Source: an uncultured Dysgonomonadaceae bacterium
Lineage (GTDB): Bacteria; Bacteroidota; Bacteroidia; Bacteroidales; Dysgonomonadaceae
Reading direction: 5' to 3'
Length of the DNA stretch: 28,515 bases
Assembly: GCA_964437875.1 (NCBI GenBank)
Contig: CAYTJC010000001.1
Location: 1-28,515, forward strand
Shown: positions 6,905 to 16,190 of the stretch, in pieces
How the letters are laid out: each line of letters starts with the position of its first letter
How positions within the stretch are numbered: position 1 is the first letter of the stretch
The notes under the pieces: generated by a model
Database searches by the model: none
The model's input: the letters and a program-made list of their open reading frames with translations, nothing else
What the model was told of the DNA's origin: nothing
Program-made: the position numbers and the translations under genes

Positions 6905-9349
6905 ATGTCCGACTACTACCAACTAGCACATGAGTTTGCTATGCAAACCAACCAAGTAATTTTTATTACGGGAAAAGCAGGAACTGGAAAAACAACTTTC
7001 CTCAGAAAACTAAAAAACGAGAGCCTGAAGCAAACTGCTGTGGTAGCACCCACGGGCATAGCTGCTATAAATGCAGGCGGAACAACTATACATTCTTTCT
7101 TTCAATTGCCATTTGCACCCTTTGCTCCCACTCCTCCTGGACGTAAAGAGTTAATAAGCAAAATGAAAATGCAGAGCAACAGGCAGCAAATATTGCGAGA
7201 ACTAGAACTGCTAGTTATAGATGAGATAAGCATGGTGCGTGCAGATGTGTTAGATGCAATAGACACATTGTTGAGACACTACAGACGCAGAGACAATATT
7301 CCGTTTGGTGGAGTTCAAGTGATATTTATTGGTGACATGTTTCAACTTTCGCCTGTAGCAAAGCGAGAGGAGCTACAAATATTGCGAACCTTTTATGAAG
7401 GGATTCATTTTTTCGACAGCCACGTTATGCAGCAAGTTCCCCTAGTTTACATTGAACTAGACAAAGTGTTTAGACAGAAAAATGCCGACTTCATTCAAAT
7501 TCTGGACGAGGTAAGGCAAAATAAGCTTACACCTGAATCAGAAGCTAAACTACAAAGCACCTACAACCCCAACTTTGTGCCAAACAAAGATGAGCCTTAT
7601 GTAACACTCACAACGCACAACTATAAAGCAGATTTAATAAACAGTGCTGAGCTAAATAAAATTGAAGGAAAGTCTCGATGGTTTAAGGCTACCATAGAGG
7701 GAAGCTTTCCATCTGGCAGTTATCCTGTTGAAACAGACTTGGAACTGAAAAAAGGTGCAAAAGTGATGTTTGTAAAAAACGACACTGAGAATCCACGCAG
7801 ATTTTACAATGGCAAAATAGGCGAAATCACATTTATGGACGAAGACTATGTGATGGTTACCTGCCCAGGTGAAGAAAACGCGATTTATGTAGAATCTACA
7901 ACGTGGGAAAATATGACCTACAAAGTAAATAAAGAGACAACGGAACTAGAAGAGAAGCGAACAGGAAGTTTCACACAGATGCCTCTGAGACATGCTTGGG
8001 CCATCACTATTCACAAAAGTCAGGGTCTGACGTTTGACAAAGCAATAATTGATGCTGGTGATGCATTTGCTCCTGGTCAAGTGTATGTGGCACTCAGTAG
8101 ATGCAGAACCTTGGAAGGAATTGTACTAAAAAGCAAGATAAGTATAGACAGTATGCGCAATGAGTCTAACATACTCAAATTCTCTTCGCGCAAAAATGAG
8201 GCTGACGAACTCAACGAAAAACTAGAAGAGTCGCAAGTTGAATACCGTAAACAGTTATTGTTAGAACTGTTCGATTTTAATACGTTACAAAAAGTGATTG
8301 CTTATTTGAGAACTGATGTGAATAAAGCAGGAACATCGTTTAATGACGAAACAGGCCCATTCTTGGCAGAATTAACCCAGCAGACAAAAGAGATAAAAGA
8401 GGTGGCTGATAAATTCTCGGTGCAACTCATCCAAATTTTAAACAACCATCCTATTGACGAAACGTTGTTGCAAGAAAGACTTACAGCATCGTCACAATAC
8501 TTCTTTCAAAAACTGGATTACTTGCTAGAGCAAATTGCAGACTCTCCTGCCTATACAGACAACAAATCTCTTGCAAATTCGTATAACGATGATTTACATA
8601 ATGTCTATACACAAGCTGCACAGAAGAAGGAGTTTATATCTAAGCTAAAGCAAGAGTTTACAATTGAAAACTACTTTAAGTGGCGGAAAAACTTAGTAAT
8701 TAAACTACCCAAGTTGCAAACCCATGGCGGAAGTACCAGCAAATCTACAGTATCAATACATCCAGATTTGATGCAGCGGCTCTCAGAAATAAGAAACGAG
8801 TTGGCAAAAGAAAACGATGTGCCATTGTATATTGTTGCAGGAACAAAATCGTTGCAAGAACTAGCCGACTTTCTACCCCAAACACCCAAAGACTTTCTGT
8901 TGATATATGGATTTGGTAAAGTGAGAGTAGAAAAATATGGTAGCTACTTCTTAGATGAAATAAGAAAGTATTGCGAAGAGAAAAATCTAAAATCGCGGAT
9001 GCATGAAATAGAAGCTTCACACAAAAAAGAAGAGAAAGAAAAAAAGCCGAAGCAAGTAAAAGGTGCTAGCCAACAAGAGAGCTTAGAGCTATATAAATCA
9101 GGAAAGACAATTGAGGAAATAACCCAACTTCGTACCCTAAAAGAGAGCACAATTGCATCACACCTTAGTCAGTTTCTAAAAACGGGTGAGGTAAAGATTG
9201 AAGATTTTGTTTCAGAATCTAAAAAGGAAGAAGCGATAAAATTGATGGAGAAAAGCCCCAATCAATCTGCTTACAAAACTTTGCACACTTTTCTTGATAC
9301 TATAGAAATGACGTTTTTCACAGCCTGGTTGCGACTGCAAGATAAATAA
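6905..9349 (+). CDS. Pif1-like SF1B DNA helicase with C-terminal HRDC and helix-turn-helix domains
   Basis: GKAGTGKT, VVAPTGIAA, GGTTIHSFF, IDEISMV, GDMFQLSP, PLRHAWAITIHKSQGLT, YVALSRC. HRDC-like LSEIRNELAKENDVPLYIV...GFGKVRVEKYG. Terminal HTH (SLELYKSGKTIEEI...ESTIASHL). Confidence 0.88.
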   Translation: MSDYYQLAHEFAMQTNQVIFITGKAGTGKTTFLRKLKNESLKQTAVVAPTGIAAINAGGTTIHSFFQLPFAPFAPTPPGRKELISKMKMQSNRQQILRELELLVIDEISMVRADVLDAIDTLLRHYRRRDNIPFGGVQVIFIGDMFQLSPVAKREELQILRTFYEGIHFFDSHVMQQVPLVYIELDKVFRQKNADFIQILDEVRQNKLTPESEAKLQSTYNPNFVPNKDEPYVTLTTHNYKADLINSAELNKIEGKSRWFKATIEGSFPSGSYPVETDLELKKGAKVMFVKNDTENPRRFYNGKIGEITFMDEDYVMVTCPGEENAIYVESTTWENMTYKVNKETTELEEKRTGSFTQMPLRHAWAITIHKSQGLTFDKAIIDAGDAFAPGQVYVALSRCRTLEGIVLKSKISIDSMRNESNILKFSSRKNEADELNEKLEESQVEYRKQLLLELFDFNTLQKVIAYLRTDVNKAGTSFNDETGPFLAELTQQTKEIKEVADKFSVQLIQILNNHPIDETLLQERLTASSQYFFQKLDYLLEQIADSPAYTDNKSLANSYNDDLHNVYTQAAQKKEFISKLKQEFTIENYFKWRKNLVIKLPKLQTHGGSTSKSTVSIHPDLMQRLSEIRNELAKENDVPLYIVAGTKSLQELADFLPQTPKDFLLIYGFGKVRVEKYGSYFLDEIRKYCEEKNLKSRMHEIEASHKKEEKEKKPKQVKGASQQESLELYKSGKTIEEITQLRTLKESTIASHLSQFLKTGEVKIEDFVSESKKEEAIKLMEKSPNQSAYKTLHTFLDTIEMTFFTAWLRLQDK

Positions 9350-9381
9350 AAAGCTATATAATAACAACTTATAGAGTACGC

Positions 9382-9435
9382 AAAAAGAGAATCCAAATCA
9401 TAGAATAATTAATTTGATTTGGATTCTTCTTTTTT
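9382..9435. terminator. Bidirectional terminator-like hairpin between the convergent helicase and SRPBCC genes
   Basis: GAATCCAAATCA (9389-9400) pairs with TGATTTGGATTC (9415-9426), with an A-run on the left and a T-run on the right. Confidence 0.7.
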
Positions 9436-9478
9436 ATATTAGATTGTGCATGTAAAAACACCAGTTCTTTACTGCACC

Positions 9479-9898
9479 CTACAACTCATCGTAAGCAAGA
9501 GACGCTATAACATCTGATACTTTATCAACACCCTCCTTCATGGGTGTATTGACCATGGGTTTGATAAATGAATTTAGTTTGGCACGCAATGTTAGTTTCA
9601 TACGGGTATCGTTTTCTGCTTTAGACACCAACTGAATCCAAGCTTGCACTTCAAAAGGCAAACCTTTTGATTTTAGTTTTATTGTTTTATTGGGCTCTCT
9701 GTCAACAACAACAAAAGTAACTTTACCCACAGGGTCAATTGAAAACGAACAACTATTAGCATCGCACCAAAAATCTTTTATTTTGTCGTCAGGTAGCTTA
9801 TCTTTCAGGAGCTCCAATTTGCTCAAATCAGAAAGTACACGAAACACCATTTCGTCTGAATATGGTATTGTTTTTACTTCGCTTACAAACTCTGTCAT
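9479..9898 (-). CDS. SRPBCC/START-like (polyketide cyclase-like) family protein
   Basis: 139 aa, MTEFVSEVKTIPYSDEMVFRVLSDLS...DANSCSFSIDPVG...DREPNKTIK. Recalled as the conserved small Bacteroidales gene downstream of pyrE. Confidence 0.65.
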   Translation of the reverse strand: MTEFVSEVKTIPYSDEMVFRVLSDLSKLELLKDKLPDDKIKDFWCDANSCSFSIDPVGKVTFVVVDREPNKTIKLKSKGLPFEVQAWIQLVSKAENDTRMKLTLRAKLNSFIKPMVNTPMKEGVDKVSDVIASLAYDEL

Positions 9899-9913
9899 AT
9901 ATTTTATTTTGTT

Positions 9914-10552
9914 TTACTTGTTTCTTCCCCATGTATCGGGTTTTTCTCTCCACTCCTGCAATGTTTCCAGTTCCGATTCGTCTATATATTCAGTGCGAAG
10001 TGCTTCTTCTAAAATAGCCTCATAATTGCTAAGGCTTGTAAGCTCCACATTAGCCTCTTTTAAATTTTTAGTAGCAATAAGAAAACCATAACTAAATATA
10101 GAAACCATGCCAATCACTTCTGCACCATCTTTACGAATAGCTTCAACTGCTTTTAAGCTACTCAAGCCCGTTGAAATTAAATCTTCAACTACAACTACTT
10201 TTTGATTAGGTTTTAAATCTCCTTCAATTAAGTTTTCTAAACCATGATCTTTTGGTGTGGCTCTTACATAAACAAAAGGGAGTCCTAATAAATCTGCAAC
10301 AATTGCTCCTGGTGCAATAGCTCCCGTAGCAACTCCCGCAATTGCCTCCACATTTGGATACTTCTCAAGTATGATTCTCCCAAATTGAATCTTCAAGAAA
10401 TTACGTATGTCAGGATAAGACATCAACTTTCTATTATCGCAGTAAATTGGTGATTTCCACCCCGAAGCCCAAGTAAAGGGGTTTGAAGGTTGTAGCTTTA
10501 CAGCTTTAATATTCAAAAGTTTTTCTGCTGTTATCTTTTCTAATGTATTCAT
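9914..10552 (-). CDS. pyrE: Orotate phosphoribosyltransferase
   Basis: FTWASGWKSPIYCDNR, K-HG loop (PKDHGLENLIEG), PRPP-binding VVVEDLISTG. Start placed at ATG 10552 (MNTLEKITAEKLL) rather than 10579 because of the promoter box at 10584-10591. Confidence 0.96.
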   Translation of the reverse strand: MNTLEKITAEKLLNIKAVKLQPSNPFTWASGWKSPIYCDNRKLMSYPDIRNFLKIQFGRIILEKYPNVEAIAGVATGAIAPGAIVADLLGLPFVYVRATPKDHGLENLIEGDLKPNQKVVVVEDLISTGLSSLKAVEAIRKDGAEVIGMVSIFSYGFLIATKNLKEANVELTSLSNYEAILEEALRTEYIDESELETLQEWREKPDTWGRNK

Positions 10553-10583
10553 ATCTATTCTATTGTTAATTCTTGACAAGGCA

Positions 10584-10591
10584 CAAAAATA
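10584..10591 (-). promoter_or_regulatory. Bacteroidota sigma-A -7 box (TATTTTTG) for pyrE
   Basis: Plus-strand CAAAAATA reads TATTTTTG on the minus strand, about 30 nt upstream of ATG 10552. Confidence 0.5.
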
Positions 10592-10673
10592 GTACTTTTA
10601 GCGCTACTTTTCTAATGAATGAAAATATTTATACCGATTTCATGAAAAAGCAATCATTATTTGCTGAGAGAGA

Positions 10674-11369
10674 CTACAATGATTCGCCAATAGTAGCGAT
10701 ACTTATCTTCACATTTTCACATTGCAACAGTGCATTGGCACATGCTTCAAGGGTTGAGCCAGTTGTAATTACATCATCTACCAAAAGAACATGCTTGTTC
10801 TGAAACACATCTATTTTCTTTACTTCAAATATTCCCTTCACATTTTCCCAACGTTGCGTTTTAGATCGTTTTGTTTGTGTAGGATTATTTATGACCCGAA
10901 TAAGCTCGTCAACAGAAACAGGAATAAAAGTAGCTTTAGAAATGCCCCGAGCAAAAGTTTCTGCTTGGTTGTATCCTCTAATCACTTTTTTCTTGGGGTG
11001 AAGTGGTACAGGAACTATTACGTCGATTGATTGAAGAAATTCACTACCCAATAAATCTTCTCCATATAGAGAACCAAGCAAATTGCCTATCAAAGGTTTG
11101 TTTTTGTATTTCAACTCATGTATTAGTGATTGCAAAAGGCCCTCTTTGGTGAAAAAAGCAAATGAAGCAAATCGTTCAAAAGGGAATCTCCCAGCTAGAA
11201 GAACTTCGCCAATGTTGTTGGGTTCTTCAAAATTATTTGTTCGTGGCAATTTATAAAGACATTGCAAACAAACTCCCACTTCTTTTGCCAGCAATTTGGC
11301 TTGGCAAAAAGCACAATGGTTTGGGTAAAAAAAATGAGTTAGCTCCTGTACTACCCACTTTAGCTCCAT
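10674..11369 (-). CDS. comF: ComF/GntX family phosphoribosyltransferase-like protein
   Basis: N-terminal CAFC...CLQC zinc motif, LIHELKY, VPVPLHPKK...RGYNQ, QRWENVKGIF, VLLVDDVITTGSTL. Confidence 0.88.
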   Translation of the reverse strand: MELKWVVQELTHFFYPNHCAFCQAKLLAKEVGVCLQCLYKLPRTNNFEEPNNIGEVLLAGRFPFERFASFAFFTKEGLLQSLIHELKYKNKPLIGNLLGSLYGEDLLGSEFLQSIDVIVPVPLHPKKKVIRGYNQAETFARGISKATFIPVSVDELIRVINNPTQTKRSKTQRWENVKGIFEVKKIDVFQNKHVLLVDDVITTGSTLEACANALLQCENVKISIATIGESL

Positions 11370-11370
11370 A

Positions 11371-11853
11371 TTACTTCAATTTTTTAATACATTGCATTAT
11401 GTTACTCATATCGAATCCCCTACTCATACCAAAACGGATGAGTTTGTTTTGTTTTTCATATTCCGAGTTGCCTTTAATAGTTTTCCATTTTGCTTGTAGC
11501 AATTCTTGTAAAGAGTCGTTTAAATCTTCATCTGTAAAATCTAAGAAAGCCTCACTCACAATATTTTCAGGCACTCTTTTTTGTCTCAATGCATACAATA
11601 TTTTCACTTTACCCCATTTATTAAAGCGAATTTTATCTCTAATAAAGCTACGTGTGAAACGCAATTCGTCTATGTATTTTTCATTTTTAAGCTTCGCTAC
11701 AATGTTCTTCGCCACACCGGGTTCTAAATTGTAGCGTTGCAACTTTGTCTCTATATCAAAAACACAATATTCTCTTCTAGCACACAAATTAGCCATTCTA
11801 CTGAGTGCTTTCGTTTCTGATATAGTTTCAGGGGGTTGTTTTTGTTCTTCCAT
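11371..11853 (-). CDS. recX: Regulatory protein RecX
   Basis: LCARREYC, EKYIDELRFTRSFIRDK...WGKVKI..AL.QK, C-terminal KLIRFGMSRGF. This is the three-helix-repeat RecX pattern. Confidence 0.9.
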   Translation of the reverse strand: MEEQKQPPETISETKALSRMANLCARREYCVFDIETKLQRYNLEPGVAKNIVAKLKNEKYIDELRFTRSFIRDKIRFNKWGKVKILYALRQKRVPENIVSEAFLDFTDEDLNDSLQELLQAKWKTIKGNSEYEKQNKLIRFGMSRGFDMSNIMQCIKKLK

Positions 11854-11868
11854 TTTATTGTAAATCCA

Positions 11869-12711
11869 TTATCCGTTGGTGGCACGCACCATTCTATAGT
11901 TTCCTGACATATCTTGTCTCAATTGCACATCTACAAATCCTTTATTTTTTAGTAGCTGCACCACCTCATGGCCCTTTGCTTGATGAATCTCAAAATAAAG
12001 CATACCATTGGTATTCAATTGCTTTTTAGCTATATCTGCAATGGAGCTATAAAAGATAAGTGCATCTTGATCTGCAACAAAAAGAGCCTGGTGTGGCTCA
12101 AAGTTGAGAACATTTTTACCCATCACCTCTTTCTCAGATTCTTTAATATAAGGAGGATTACTAACGATAACATCAAAAGTTTGATGAAATTGTTGCGGTT
12201 TCAATACATCAACCCTCGAAAAACTGATAGAAACCTTATTGCTTATTGCATTCTCCTTCGCCACATCCAACGCCTCCCCAGACACATCCCATGCATCAAC
12301 TATGGAATACTTCATTTTTTTAGCCAAAGCTATTGCAATGCACCCACTACCAGTTCCGATATCTAATATATGAGGATTCACCTCTTTAGTCTCTAGCAAA
12401 ATCCACTCAACAAGCTCCTCCGTTTCAGGGCGAGGAATTAATACGGATGGATTCACTTTAAAAACAAGCCCATAGAACTCTGTCATACCTATAATGTAGT
12501 CTATAGGCTCGTCGTTCTGCAAACGTTTTACAATGCAAACTATCTTTTGTTTTTCGTTGTCAGATAATTCATTAAATTTGCAGGTAGCTATATCTGAAAA
12601 CGATAGATTACATACTTCCTCAAGAATGAGTGAAGTGAAAACTCTGATCTCACCGAGTGTGAACATTTCAATTAAATGAGTGCGAATATAATCAACAGGA
12701 TTTTCAAACAT
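11869..12711 (-). CDS. prmC: Release factor glutamine methyltransferase PrmC/HemK
   Basis: EPIDYIIG, VLIPRPETEELV, SAM motif DIGTGSGCIA, catalytic NPPY, FEPHQALF. Confidence 0.96.
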   Translation of the reverse strand: MFENPVDYIRTHLIEMFTLGEIRVFTSLILEEVCNLSFSDIATCKFNELSDNEKQKIVCIVKRLQNDEPIDYIIGMTEFYGLVFKVNPSVLIPRPETEELVEWILLETKEVNPHILDIGTGSGCIAIALAKKMKYSIVDAWDVSGEALDVAKENAISNKVSISFSRVDVLKPQQFHQTFDVIVSNPPYIKESEKEVMGKNVLNFEPHQALFVADQDALIFYSSIADIAKKQLNTNGMLYFEIHQAKGHEVVQLLKNKGFVDVQLRQDMSGNYRMVRATNG

Positions 12712-12793
12712 TGGGAATCTTTATTGTTGTTGCTTTGTAACTCTTTGATAAAAAACGCTCGTAGTTTCAACTTCTCTTGCGAGTAGTGAACAA

Positions 12794-12801
12794 CAAAGAT
12801 A
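12794..12801 (-). promoter_or_regulatory. Bacteroidota sigma-A -7 box (TATCTTTG), likely driving prmC-recX-comF
   Basis: Plus-strand CAAAGATA reads TATCTTTG on the minus strand, about 80 nt upstream of prmC and 7 nt before the divergent ribD ATG. Confidence 0.55.
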
Positions 12802-12808
12802 AATAAAA

Positions 12809-13864
12809 ATGAGTATAGACGAAAAATATATGTGGCGCTGTTTGCAATTGGCAAGCAAAGGATTGGGATATACTAAAATCAATCCACTTGTGGGCAGCGT
12901 TATTGTTCACAATGATAAAATAATAGGTGAAGGATATCACAGAAAAATAGGTGAAGCACATGCCGAAGTAAATGCAATTAACTCGGTGAAAGATGAGTCA
13001 CTATTAAAAGAATCTACCATTTATGTGTCGCTTGAACCGTGCTCGCATTATGGAAAGACTCCTCCATGCGCAGAGTTAATAGCTAGCAAGGGTATTCCTC
13101 GTGTGGTGGTAGCAGTTACAGATCCAAATGACAAAGTAGCAGGAAAAGGCATCAAAATACTGAGAAATGAAGGGGCTTCTGTTACTGTTGGGGTGCTTGA
13201 AGAAGAGGCTGTCAAGTTAAATCAGTCGTTCTTTGTGAATCAGACAGAAAAACGTCCTTATATAATTCTTAAATGGGCACAGACAAAAGATGGATTCATC
13301 GATAATGAGAGAGAGGGCAGCAATCAACCTTCACTTAAGCTATCTAATAGTATTACTCAATGCGTAGTTCATAAACTTCGCAGTCAGAACATGGGTATAA
13401 TGGTGGGCACAAAGACTGCTCTTAAAGACAACCCCACGCTGAATACACGCAAATGGTATGGAGATAATCCAGTACGCATTGTGATAGACAAAACAGGAAA
13501 GTTACCAACAGACATCAATCTATTCAGTGGAGAAGTGTCAACAATAGTTTTTACAGAAAAAGCAAACTATCCTGTTACTAAAAACACAACAAACATTCTC
13601 ATAGATTTTGAAAAAGATGTGATTGAACAAATTCTCCACAAAACATATGAGTTGAACATTGCAACAATAATGATTGAGGGTGGAAATATTCTCATTTCAT
13701 CTTTTGTAGAAAGCAATACTTGGGACGAGGCATTTATAGAAGTAGCTGATATTAAGATTGGCTGTGGCATTAGAGCACCAATAGTAAGTGGCTCATACAT
13801 AAATGCTAAAAAGTATATAGATTCCTTTCATTATCATATAAAGAACGAAATTACTCGAAATTAA
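12809..13864 (+). CDS. ribD: Bifunctional riboflavin biosynthesis deaminase/reductase RibD
   Basis: Deaminase zinc motifs HAEVNA and LEPCSHYGKTPPC. Reductase half has LKWAQTKDGFI, MVGTKTALKDNPTL, IEGG. Confidence 0.96.
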   Translation: MSIDEKYMWRCLQLASKGLGYTKINPLVGSVIVHNDKIIGEGYHRKIGEAHAEVNAINSVKDESLLKESTIYVSLEPCSHYGKTPPCAELIASKGIPRVVVAVTDPNDKVAGKGIKILRNEGASVTVGVLEEEAVKLNQSFFVNQTEKRPYIILKWAQTKDGFIDNEREGSNQPSLKLSNSITQCVVHKLRSQNMGIMVGTKTALKDNPTLNTRKWYGDNPVRIVIDKTGKLPTDINLFSGEVSTIVFTEKANYPVTKNTTNILIDFEKDVIEQILHKTYELNIATIMIEGGNILISSFVESNTWDEAFIEVADIKIGCGIRAPIVSGSYINAKKYIDSFHYHIKNEITRN

Positions 13865-13907
13865 AATTAAATATTAATTTATCTATGGTGAACGAGGAAA
13901 AACTTCA

Positions 13908-13915
13908 TACTTTTG
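13908..13915 (+). promoter_or_regulatory. Bacteroidota sigma-A -7 box (TACTTTTG) for the DUF6242-uppS-bamA cluster
   Basis: Exact TAnnTTTG followed by CA, about 30 nt upstream of the ORF start. Confidence 0.6.
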
Positions 13916-13943
13916 CACAGATTATATAGATTATACAAATTTT

Positions 13944-15305
13944 TTGAAACAAATGATATCTAACTGGTTTTATTACTGTTTATCGCTACTTGCGACCATT
14001 TCAATCTTAAGTTCATGCTTAGATTCAAACGATAGCAACATAGATTATGGGTACTCTGCAGATGCGCAAATTACATCTTTAAAAATCTCATCTCGATATG
14101 ACTCATTAAGAGTTTTATCTGATTTAAAATTCTCAATAAATCAAGTATCCTCCACTCCAATTATTTATAACAGAGACTCATTGCCGTACCTCTTCGATGT
14201 ATCTATTGTAGAAATGGACATAATGACCAATGGAGCGAGTGGTATAAAGTTTTTTTTGAACAACCCCGACAGCTCCTATATTTGGAACTTAACCGACTCA
14301 GTACAAATTAAAAGACTCAAGCAAATTGAAGTATATGCACAAGATGGGACAACAAAAAAAACATACGATTTTAAGATGACTACTCATCAACAAGATCCAG
14401 ACACTATATTTTGGCAAAATATAACTAGCAACTACATTTCCTCAATACCCACTGATCAAATAACTGTTTCAGATGAAAATAGTTTCTACACATATCACAA
14501 AACGGTCAATACTACACACCTTTCTACTTCGCCACTTACAGACGGTGAGTTGTGGACAGATCAACCTTTAAGCGGACTGCCTGAAAACGTTGTGTTGAAA
14601 TCGATAAGAAATCAAGTACTTGAGGAAAATAAAGTATGGCTAGCCTTAGACACTAACAACAAAGTATATGTTTCTGAGAATGGAATGGAATGGGCAGTGC
14701 AATTTACTGACTATCCTGTTACAAGTATTTTAGGTAAACTACCCTCATATACTAAAGACTCTGTGCTTGCTATTGTAAAGGATGGAGACAAATATAAATT
14801 TGCTAAAACAATAGACTTCACATCGATACATGTTTTCAACGAAGTTCCATTAGGATTTCCAGTAAAAGACTTCACTTTTACAACAATCAAAGACTCACTC
14901 ATTTACACTGCAAAATATATGATTGTTACTGGAGGAAGCCACTCAAATAATTTCTTTAACAACAGTGTTTGGCTACTACAAGAGGGTGACAACAAAATTA
15001 CATATACCTCAAAGCGTTTAAAGTTTAATGTAACAGGCTCTTCTTTATTTAAATACAATAATAAAGTATATATGCTGACATCAGAAAACAATAAAAACGA
15101 ACTTTACACATCTTCAAATTATGGTGTGCATTGGGAGAAGGCCAGTAGCAAACAGTCACTACCAAACACGTTTACCCTCAGAAACAATCAGTCAGTAAAT
15201 GTTGACAACCAAAACAACATTTGGATATTTGGAGGGGTTACCTCCAGCAACAAACAGTTAGTTGAAGTTTGGAAAGGACGTATCAACAGACTGTTCATTA
15301 AGTAA
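13944..15305 (+). CDS. DUF6242-like lipoprotein, probably surface-exposed
   Basis: Lipobox ILSS-C followed by acidic LDSNDSNID. FSINQ...IYNRDSLPY, EVYAQDGTTKKTY..HQQDPDT..W, WIFGG...VW.GRINRL. Conserved position between ribD and uppS. Start is TTG 13944 or ATG 13953. Confidence 0.75.
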   Translation: MKQMISNWFYYCLSLLATISILSSCLDSNDSNIDYGYSADAQITSLKISSRYDSLRVLSDLKFSINQVSSTPIIYNRDSLPYLFDVSIVEMDIMTNGASGIKFFLNNPDSSYIWNLTDSVQIKRLKQIEVYAQDGTTKKTYDFKMTTHQQDPDTIFWQNITSNYISSIPTDQITVSDENSFYTYHKTVNTTHLSTSPLTDGELWTDQPLSGLPENVVLKSIRNQVLEENKVWLALDTNNKVYVSENGMEWAVQFTDYPVTSILGKLPSYTKDSVLAIVKDGDKYKFAKTIDFTSIHVFNEVPLGFPVKDFTFTTIKDSLIYTAKYMIVTGGSHSNNFFNNSVWLLQEGDNKITYTSKRLKFNVTGSSLFKYNNKVYMLTSENNKNELYTSSNYGVHWEKASSKQSLPNTFTLRNNQSVNVDNQNNIWIFGGVTSSNKQLVEVWKGRINRLFIK

Positions 15306-15385
15306 ACACGTCTCTTTGAAAGATAAGAAACTACATAATAAGCAGTTTTGATTATAGAATACAAAAAGCTGAGGACAAACAGAGA

Positions 15386-16156
15386 ATGTCTTTAATGAAT
15401 AAAATAAAAAACAAAAGAATTCCTTCACACATTGCCATTATCATGGATGGTAATGGCAGATGGGCCAAGGAGCGAGGATTGGAAAGAGCTCATGGACATC
15501 AAGAAGGAGTCGTGTCGGTCCGTAAAGTAGTGGAGGCTGCAAGCAAAGCAGGCGTAAGCTATCTAACTATTTACGCATTTTCCACCGAAAACTGGAAAAG
15601 ACCCAACTGCGAAGTAGATGCATTGATGGAGCTAATGGTACATGCCATTGTAAAAGAAACACCAGATCTAATAAAGCAAGGGGTGAAATTACTAGCAATT
15701 GGAGATTACAATAGACTGCCTCATGAAACAAAGAGTGCCCTCGATAAATGTATAGAACATACAAAAGGAGGAGAAACAATAACACTGATATTAGCACTTA
15801 GTTACTCTTCTAAATGGGAAATTACGCAAGCAGTAAAAAGCATAGTTGAAGATATACAAGAAAAAGATTTGTCAATTGATAATTTAAACGAAGATATTAT
15901 ATCAGACTATTTGAGCACCAAAGGAATTCCTGATCCTGATTTATTAATACGAACTGGAGGGGAAAAACGCATAAGTAACTTTCTTCTTTGGCAGCTGGCT
16001 TACGCTGAGTTATATTTTACAGATATATTTTGGCCCGACTTCAGAGAAGAACATCTTTTCGAAGCTATTTCTGATTTTCAATGTAGAGAAAGAAGATACG
16101 GCAAAACAAGCGAACAAATTGAAAAAGAACAAAGAGGTAATATAAACAACCTGTAA
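15386..16156 (+). CDS. uppS: Undecaprenyl diphosphate synthase (cis-prenyltransferase)
   Basis: HIAIIMDGNGRWA, YAFSTENWKRP, PDLLIRTGGEKRISNFLLWQLAYAEL, ERRYG. Confidence 0.97.
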   Translation: MSLMNKIKNKRIPSHIAIIMDGNGRWAKERGLERAHGHQEGVVSVRKVVEAASKAGVSYLTIYAFSTENWKRPNCEVDALMELMVHAIVKETPDLIKQGVKLLAIGDYNRLPHETKSALDKCIEHTKGGETITLILALSYSSKWEITQAVKSIVEDIQEKDLSIDNLNEDIISDYLSTKGIPDPDLLIRTGGEKRISNFLLWQLAYAELYFTDIFWPDFREEHLFEAISDFQCRERRYGKTSEQIEKEQRGNINNL

Positions 16157-16190
16157 GAACATAATACAGAGAAACGAAAAAAAATAAACA

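Noticed and set aside
1-11853. A dedicated DNA/RNA-maintenance island (dnaA, rnhB, tex, radA, Pif1-like, comF, recX)
   Set aside because: The genes lie in at least five separate transcription units on both strands, and I saw no shared upstream motif. The clustering is explained by ordinary housekeeping synteny.
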